A stretch of DNA of 57,580 nucleotides, the filler included, from Sphacelaria rigidula (lineage: Eukaryota), in assembly GCA_964200075.2 (NCBI GenBank). It is 8 parts of 8 records of this genome, joined end to end, with 100 filler letters (N's around TTAATTAATTAA, not from the genome) between each part and the next. Parts side by side here need not be neighbours in the genome. Positions count along the whole stretch, not along the records: positions 50,472 to 57,580 come from CAXNAA020016438.1; 7 more parts are not named here. One strand, written 5' to 3'. Below are positions 50,711 through 57,580 of this stretch, in pieces. How positions within the stretch are numbered: position 1 is the stretch's first letter; each line of letters begins with the position of its first letter. A program made the position numbers and the translations under genes. The notes below the pieces were generated by a model. The model worked only from the letters and a program-made list of their open reading frames with translations, had not been told where the DNA came from and ran no database searches.

Positions 50711-52178
50711 CAGCAGTGATAGCGACGACGGCGGTAACCGCAACCGCAACCGCAACCGCAACCGCAACCGCAATCGCAGTAAGAAGAAAGGCGTCACCGA
50801 TGGTCAATATGGCACATCTAGACGTGAAAGATCTCCAAGCAGCAGCAACAGCAAAAGCAGCGATGAAGGAGGAGCTGCCGGAGCCGATGCGTCCCACGGG
50901 AAATCCCGCAAACGCGGTACCGACCGCCGTAGCAGTCACAAGAGCAGGCGGCATGACGACCATGACAAACGTGCGAAATATGAGGACAGCCACAATGGCA
51001 GCAGCAGACACTCACGACGCTCGGGGGAAGACACCACTAGGGGCGAGGTTGAGGGTAGCGGCAGTCGACGGGGGAGGGACAGGAGATCCGAGGCGCAGTA
51101 TCAGGCAGACGAGTGGGAGGAACCTGGACGTAGTCCGCACGACGATAGCCCTCGCCGCCGCCACCACCACCATCATCATCACAGTGATACTCTTCGGCGT
51201 CGCGATTCATCCGGCAGTGGAAAAGGGCGAGGCAGAGAACGGGAACACTCCCCAGATCAGCGAGATGAGGGGGGCGATGTTCGTCGCCGTGACCGCAAGC
51301 ATCGAGCACGTGGGCGTGGCGGGCGTGACGACGAGGAGGATAGCGGTAAAGGTGAGGAGAGCGGCAGCAGGGATCGAGGCGGCGACCACAGCAGGCGCAG
51401 CAGTCCCGGTAGAGGGGAACCCGACGGTGGTTGGGAGGAAGAATCTAGGCGGCGCCACGGCGACCGTGACTCTCATGATGACGGGTCTCGCGACGGGCGC
51501 GGCAACAGTAAGAAATCGTCCGGGGCGCGCGATGTAGGGCGCAGTCGCAGTGGAAGCGGCGGCGGTCGCCATGGTGGCTGGCCGGATAAGGTTGACGAGA
51601 GAAGGCATGACACTAGCCGATCCCGCGATCGGAGTGCTGACAGGAGACACCACCGCCACGGAGACAGAGACAGGGACGGCGAAGAATATCGAGACGGTCG
51701 CAGGCGGCACGGTCGTGAAAGCAGCAATGGCGACGACCATCACAGAGGATCAGGCGACGCCAGGTACGACGACAGGGAATCGGACAGGGCCGGTCGCCAC
51801 GACCACGACGGTCGCAGACGGGGACGCAGCGAAAGCCGGTCCCCTCCACGGAAAAAGAGACACGGTTTTTCGAGGGACCGCGGGTTCCGAGCATCGTCCT
51901 CGCATTCTCCGCGGCGGCGTGAGAGCACCGCCGACGATGCCGTCCCTAGGAAGAGCCGCTTATCCAGCAGGTTCGATCAGCCGCCGCCCACCGGCGCCGC
52001 AGAGGTTGTGCCGCAACCGACAGTGGCGCCTGCGGCGGCGGCAGTGGTTCCCCCTGGTGCAGGAGGAATAGCTCCCGGGTCGAACATCAGTGCAATCATG
52101 AAGCAGGATAACGGCAGGGGTAAGGACAAGGGTGGGGGCAAGGATTACGACTGGGGGGGGGCGGAGGCACCCGGAGAG
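50639..52178 (+). CDS. SNIP1: SNIP1/Pml1/DAWDLE homologue, large low-complexity R/D/S/G/H-rich exon
   Basis: An open frame of 513 codons from 50640 (ASKSDSSS...RSRDRSADRRHHRHGDRDRD...DYDWGGAEAPGE) lies between a tacag| acceptor and a |gtgag donor. It joins in phase 0 to the exon at 54135. The ORF track shows mainly its shadow frames. Confidence 0.75.
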
Positions 52179-52659
52179 GTGAGACACAAACGAGTAAAGC
52201 TGTAGATAGAGATCATTTCTTCGTGTGCGCGAGTGCGTTTTTGGCTTGTTGTATGTTTTAGGTGCAGAGGATTGTGTTTGTTTTGGTATGGCGGTGAAAA
52301 ATGTGCTATGTTGTTGTTGATACATTGTGGAGTGTAGTAGGTTGTGTCGACTTGCGTGTGTCGTGCACGTGTACGATGTTCCCCTGACATAGAGAGCCTG
52401 CGGGTGACAAGTGACAAAGGCGGCACGATTTGCGGTGCGCGTGCCGCTGTTCACCTCACGTCAAGTATTTCGCCGCAAAAATGGTATCCTCTGCGGCGTC
52501 ATACGTCGTCAACGAACGGACTCGGCACTGCAGTCATATTTTCGTCCGGCCAGGGCCTTCTCTGTTGAATCTGCACCATTTTCACTCATGTAAAAGAGTT
52601 AGACATGGTTGTCCGTCTGCAAGCGCTCAAAGGGGGTTACGCTACCACTGATACATTTT

Positions 52660-52956
52660 TTCCACTGCCCATATCCTATTAACCAGCATGGTCACCTCAA
52701 CCCAGCGGTCAACGTATATCAGTCGGGAGCCGAGGGCAGCATACACCCTCGCGTGGCAAAAGGGGTGGAGGCTTGGAAGTTGGAACTCCCACATTGCGAT
52801 GTAGTGGGCACCACATCGAAATGCGGGAGTTCGGACTTCCAAATTTTCACTCGCTCTGCCACGCGAGGGTGTATTCCACCATCGGCTCCCGGCTGATACA
52901 TGTTGACCGTCGCGTTGAAGTTTCCATCACTGCTCGTAGGATATGGCCAGTGGAAA
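52660..52956. repeat. ~300-bp intronic imperfect hairpin
   Basis: tttccactgcccatatccta ... taggatatggccagtggaaa, paired to a tiny loop near 52808. Confidence 0.85.
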
Positions 52957-53640
52957 CCGAGGATGCAGCAGGACGGTCTTGATTCTGTTGTGCTCAGCCC
53001 AAGCCGCTATCTGTTTTTTCTTGAGGTTTCGGTGTTCCATGATTATATTTGGGGTATCTTTCATTCCAACCCATGACCAAGGAGTGGAACATGTCTCGCT
53101 CCCGGCACTCTCACTCATCAGTAAGAAATAGGAGTCGGAGTGTTGCGCAATATAACGCTATTGCGCCAACCCTCTCCACGAAGAACGGTTCTCAAAGGCG
53201 CCCTCTAGATGCGACTGGAAACCGCAGCTAGTGGACGATTGCGGATGCTCCCACACGGTTGCGCGTACCCTAGTTTCCGGTTGACGTCGGAAACTATACC
53301 CATCTCCAGGTTTGCCCAATGGTTTCGGAATGCACTTGCGTAGACCATCCATTCTATTTTTACCGCAGTACCTTCGAATTGTAGGTGAAGTGCACAGTCT
53401 TGCTCGTTCCCGTCCCATTGTTGAATTGTTGGAAATGACAGCGGGGAGGGAAAGGTAAACCTTAGTACGTGTGTGTGTGTTTTGCAACTTTTGGGACACA
53501 ATATGCAGCATTTTGTTTTCCCCGCGAATCAGGCAAATGATGAATAAAGTTCGACTCGATTTCCGGTTATTTTCAAACGAGAACAGAAGCAAAAACAGGT
53601 ACATACATCACCGACAAACACAAACACAGACAGAGCAATG

Positions 53641-53950
53641 CCGCAGCGCCCTGGTGGTGTAATGGTCCGACTGTCGCCATTAGGTGGAGAGAACGAGGGT
53701 TCGATTCCTGACGCATTGGGTTTTTCTTCGTAGTGTCTGATTCCCACCGTGGAAAGCGGGAGGACGTGAGTAAACAAAGTAGTCTACTGAGTTTGTTGGA
53801 CGCAAGTTGACGCGGTGCGGGAGTGGTGACCCAATCCGCGAGACCAAAATTCAAGGCGTGTACCGGGGGAGAGATGGGTTAATCCCTTGAGACCACGGAC
53901 TTGTCCCGAGGAAGGGGAGGGGTTCAAAGTGCGAAAAAAGAAAAGAAAAG
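53641..53950 (+). mobile_element. tRNA-derived SINE, family B, with TSD
   Basis: A box tggtgtaatgg, B box ggttcgattcc and an A-rich tail. Flanked by AGCAATG at 53634-53640 and 53949-53955. Confidence 0.88.
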
Positions 53951-54134
53951 CAATGGCTAGCTGCGTGCGGCTTGCCGACACCGTCAAGTGTTTGCGGCGT
54001 TGTCTACATGCAGGTTACGATACATCACCCACAACGACTCATTCCAACTGGATTCTCCACGAGAAAACGCCCCGCTCACCACTCTACCGCAGTATGGCCA
54101 AATAAATCTACCTTCGCTTGTACTTCGCTTCCAG

Positions 54135-54242
54135 GAGCAGGAGGAACCGCAGCAGCCGCAGGAACTGGCCAACTTTGGGCTATCAGGAAAGCTAGCGAAG
54201 GATCAAACGACGGGGAACGTGTACAAAGGCGTTGTTCTCAAG
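54135..54242 (+). CDS. SNIP1: SNIP1 homologue, exon
   Basis: EQEEPQQPQELANFGLSGKLAKDQTTGNVYKGVVLK matches the SNIP1/DDL F.LSG.L....N...GV..K motif. Confidence 0.88.
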
Positions 54243-55064
54243 GTGCCGACCTTGCCTTTCTCCCAGCTCTTTTTCCCAGGCGTCATGATGCGCCACTTGT
54301 GTCCACGGGCCATGTCTTATCAAGACGAGTCGTGTTTACCAACAACAAACGTCTGCAAGCGCTGGTTGCTGTTGTGGGTTTCGCCCGCTTCGTGCGATAG
54401 TGGTGTCGGACAGTACTCGGTGCATGAACTATTATACGAGCTGGGCCAGCAGTAAATCCCGCAATCGCTTTCCACACCACAACTTCTCAAGTTTTCCAAA
54501 TCAGCGCGACTTGAGCATACCGCTGTGAAGTGCAGACCAATCTGTTAACACACGGCACCGCCGCTGAAAGAAGAAAAAAAAAGATGTACTGCATACTTTA
54601 TATGACCTTAACGACGGATGAAAAAAAAGAAGAGAATCTGTCGGGATTCGAACTCATCACCTTCATAATTGGATTCTCCTGTTTCACTTGAATTAAAGGG
54701 GGGGCGCGGGCGTGTCACACGACAAGTGCGACGCCGCGCCCAGCATGAGGTATTTTTGGCCGAAACTTCACCAGAATGTCGTTGACGCGAGTGCCCGTAT
54801 GCGTTGGAACGTTGTCGTCGTTTTCACCAATTTTTCACGAAGTATAGCATTCTTTCTGTTTTTGCTGAAACTTCAACTCGCTCTAACTTCCTGTTTTTTC
54901 CCCCTCTCTGCACCCCCAATGGGGTTGCGTGTGTTAATGATAAAAATGTCGTGTCAAATTTTCAGCGTCTAGCTCTTCGAATCACCAATGATGGCATCTC
55001 CACTCTTCGTTCAAAAATACTGTCAGCTGACCCAGCTCGTACTCATTCTGAAATTTCTTCGTAA

Positions 55065-55556
55065 TTGGCGATTTTCTCAGGCTCTNNNNNNNNNNCTTGC
55101 CACCGCTCATCACATTGGGAATCTGAAGATACTTGAATCCGCTCCATATTTGTTTTTGCATGTACTCAAATATTGAGTAAGTTACGGGCTGACCGATCAT
55201 CGAAGGTCCTGACACGTTTCGGCGCATAATTCTGACTCTTCGGTAGTTTTTAGTCGATCGAGCCTGTCCCGATCGTATTTATGAAGAAGTGTGCAGATTT
55301 TTTTTTTCAAAATTTACCTACTCATTGCACTGGAACCGACTAACTGTGTTTCACGGTCAATAACACCCTCCTGATGAACGGGGTATCTACTCGTATTGCC
55401 CAATAAAACCAACACTAACTTGAGCACTGGGAAGAGAAGACGATCTGTTCATTGTACCAAAATCTACCGACGCTAGTAGCACTTTCAAGTTCCATCGAAG
55501 AGTAGTCGCGAGAAACAAACCTGCTGAACGAAATATGGGTTAGGCGACCAGTACTA
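55065..55556 (-). mobile_element. Relative of the TA-MITE family (shared interior, alternative terminus)
   Basis: Reverse-complement homology to ~12350-12815. Ends in taggcgaccagtacta, like the copy at 3019. Confidence 0.7.
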
Positions 55557-56399
55557 TATACCCTTTTTTTGTGCTAGCTACTATCGAATGTTTCAAATGT
55601 TGGTATTTGTTTACTCGTTTAGGATCCAACAGGCCTGCGCAGGTAACAAGGAAATATGTTACGGAACAAGAGAACACCCGTATGAGACCCACAATCAAAC
55701 ATGCGTCAACTTACAGCAATGTTTGTTTGAATGCGATGTGTTCAGCAGTGGGGGAGCGGTAGGGCGGTATGCGTGCAAAGAAACAAGTTGCTACAAACTG
55801 AAGTTTTCGCCTATCCCGTCCATGTGATATCCGGGGCGTATCTGACGCAAGAGCATAACATCTCGTTGTTGACTTTTGGACATGTCCGTCAGAGGCTGAG
55901 CACATCGGGCGCAGGTGTTCAACACACACAACTCGCGCTTTGATTTGTTCAACGAAGGCAAGGGATGTAAGGCGTTTACGATTAGTCGTTGATCGCGTCT
56001 GCGTCGAATCGTTGCGTGCACCGCCTGTGGTTGTTACGTGAACGCCCTGCTGCGAGGAAGTTGCTTTTTGAACGAGGGCCCGAATATTTGTTCCATCACT
56101 GTAAGCGCGACACTGCTCCTCACATTTTTTTCTTCTGGGATCATTGTTCCTCAAGTAGAGGAGGAGGTATCGCGGCGATCGATCACGATGCTCGTACCTG
56201 AAGAAAATGTGAGTATTATCTTTGCTGCATTATTTTTCTCGTCCCCACAGGACGCTGCGAACGCTCCTCGTCCATGTAGTTTCGCATTGTGTAGCACGTC
56301 TGAAGAATCGAACTAGTCAGTTTCTTGTGGCGTGTCGGACTGCCGATCCTGGCCATCATGCCCCATACTAGTCTAATGCACACTAGGTGAGGTGGACAT

Positions 56400-56632
56400 C
56401 AGGGGGGCGTACTCATTTGTTGCTTGCCTTGGTCGTTTGACAACTGACCACGCACCCCTTTCGAGACGGAGCACCGTTCCCACTCCTGAAAGAGCTACCT
56501 TCAACATCCCGGCGCTCCTTACGTTTCTTCCATACATTACATGAAAACCTTTTACATATCTTATCCCCGTCCTGTTTCGCGGTACTACACCATCAGGGGG
56601 CGAATGGTCGTATTCCACCGTAGCCGCTGTCA
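56400..56632 (-). repeat. Probable LINE 3'-end-derived dispersed repeat
   Basis: Resembles a widespread brown-algal repeat from memory only. It is single-copy in this window. Confidence 0.3.
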
Positions 56633-56982
56633 TTCAGTGCGCTAGATGTTGGGTGCTCTTCAGTGCTCCATGCATGAAACATTCGAGGCACGTAACATCA
56701 TATCGCTTGCAAGGTAACCCCCCCCTCCCCTCCCCTCCCCTCCCCCCCAAATCTGCCGTACGCACAGCTGTTCCAACAGCTTTTACGTACGGCAGATGGC
56801 GTGATTTTTCGCTTCGCAAGGAGTGCACGGTGATACAGAGGGGGTCCCCATACTCCACACATACCCGCCTTGTGCGCCAATGCCCCCCCCGTATAATGCG
56901 TCGTGCGCGACCTCTTCTCGTTTGTGATTCTAAGTTATCATTGTCGTCGTCATCGTTGTTGTCGCTGTTGTTTTCCTGACAG

Positions 56983-57058
56983 TGGCAAGAACCTCCGGAC
57001 GCACGGGCACCGACTAAGAAGTGGAGACTCTACGTCTTCAAGGGGGAATCTGCCCTTG
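56983..57058 (+). CDS. SNIP1: SNIP1 homologue, exon preceding the FHA domain
   Basis: WQEPPDARAPTKKWRLYVFKGESAL matches EPPEAR.P...WRLY.FK. gacag| acceptor and G|gtgagt donor. Confidence 0.92.
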
Positions 57059-57580
57059 GTGAGTGCCTCAGCTCACGGTGCATACCACCCCCGTCAAAGT
57101 GTTTGTGGCAAAATGGCATCACCTTGAGGTGCGAAATTTCGGACGAGAGCTTTGTATATTTAGACAGAAGGGGGGTAGTAGTCGTCGTCACGGAATGCAA
57201 GCCATCGTCGTAAGAGCGTTGGCCTCGCATCCCTACAAAGCCGGGACGGAGCACGCCGGGTTCTCGCCGGATCAGGAGGTGGTAGGTAGGTGGAGTTATA
57301 TAAATCATCGTTGAGCTGTTGAGTGGACACAAAGCAAAGCTCCGGTGCTTACCCGACAGCTTACTATCGTGTGTTGGATTAGCACCTCCAACAAGGTTTT
57401 CGTGAGATTGAGAGTTGGGTGCGGATTGAGAGTGGCTTCGATCATTCGCTTTAAATTGGCCAGTTTTTCATTCCGTGTGTGCTTTTCGTCGTCTCATCAC
57501 TGTCATGTGCTTACAGCTACGCGTTGATATCCCACTCAGGGGTATCGAGGGCCTCAGTGGCAAGCTGTTACAGAGAGAAT

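Noticed and set aside
50716..52071. Ala/Thr/Val-rich ORFs in the ORF track (273 aa, 173 aa and antisense ORFs)
   Set aside because: They are shadow frames of the Arg/Asp/Ser-rich SNIP1 exon.
53641..53720. Functional tRNA genes at the SINE heads
   Set aside because: A/B boxes are present but no complete cloverleaf forms, and each head is attached to a repeated body and tail.

Overview
Eukaryotic, intron-rich and repeat-rich DNA, most likely from a brown alga (Phaeophyceae). This is inferred from the long GT-AG introns, a Chlamydia-PMP-like GGAI-repeat gene and TTAGGG-type repeats. The window is not one locus. It is eight unrelated contigs (7111, six of 7110, and 7109 bp) joined by artificial 100-nt spacers (N44-TTAATTAATTAA-N44), so nothing can be inferred across spacers. 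Contig 1: first exon of a HACD/PHS1-type 3-hydroxyacyl-CoA dehydratase, head-to-head with the first two exons of a membrane/carrier-like gene. Contig 2: five internal exons of NOP56. Contig 3: an apparently complete 5-exon gene (~1201 aa) for a signal peptide + PMP-like beta-helix + Cys-rich + multi-TM receptor-like protein. Contigs 4 and 5: no recognisable genes, repeats only. Contig 6: three exons of a GH36 raffinose-synthase/Sip1-type alpha-galactosidase. Contig 7: a full-length but decayed Ty1/copia element (526-bp LTRs, AAGGT TSD) inside a TIR-bounded element. Contig 8: three exons of a SNIP1/Pml1/DAWDLE homologue. Dispersed repeats include two tRNA-derived SINE families, a TA-TSD MITE family and many long imperfect palindromes. 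The most unusual signals are modular, branched multi-hairpin elements that share a hairpin module between contigs, and tentative intronic box C/D snoRNA candidates.
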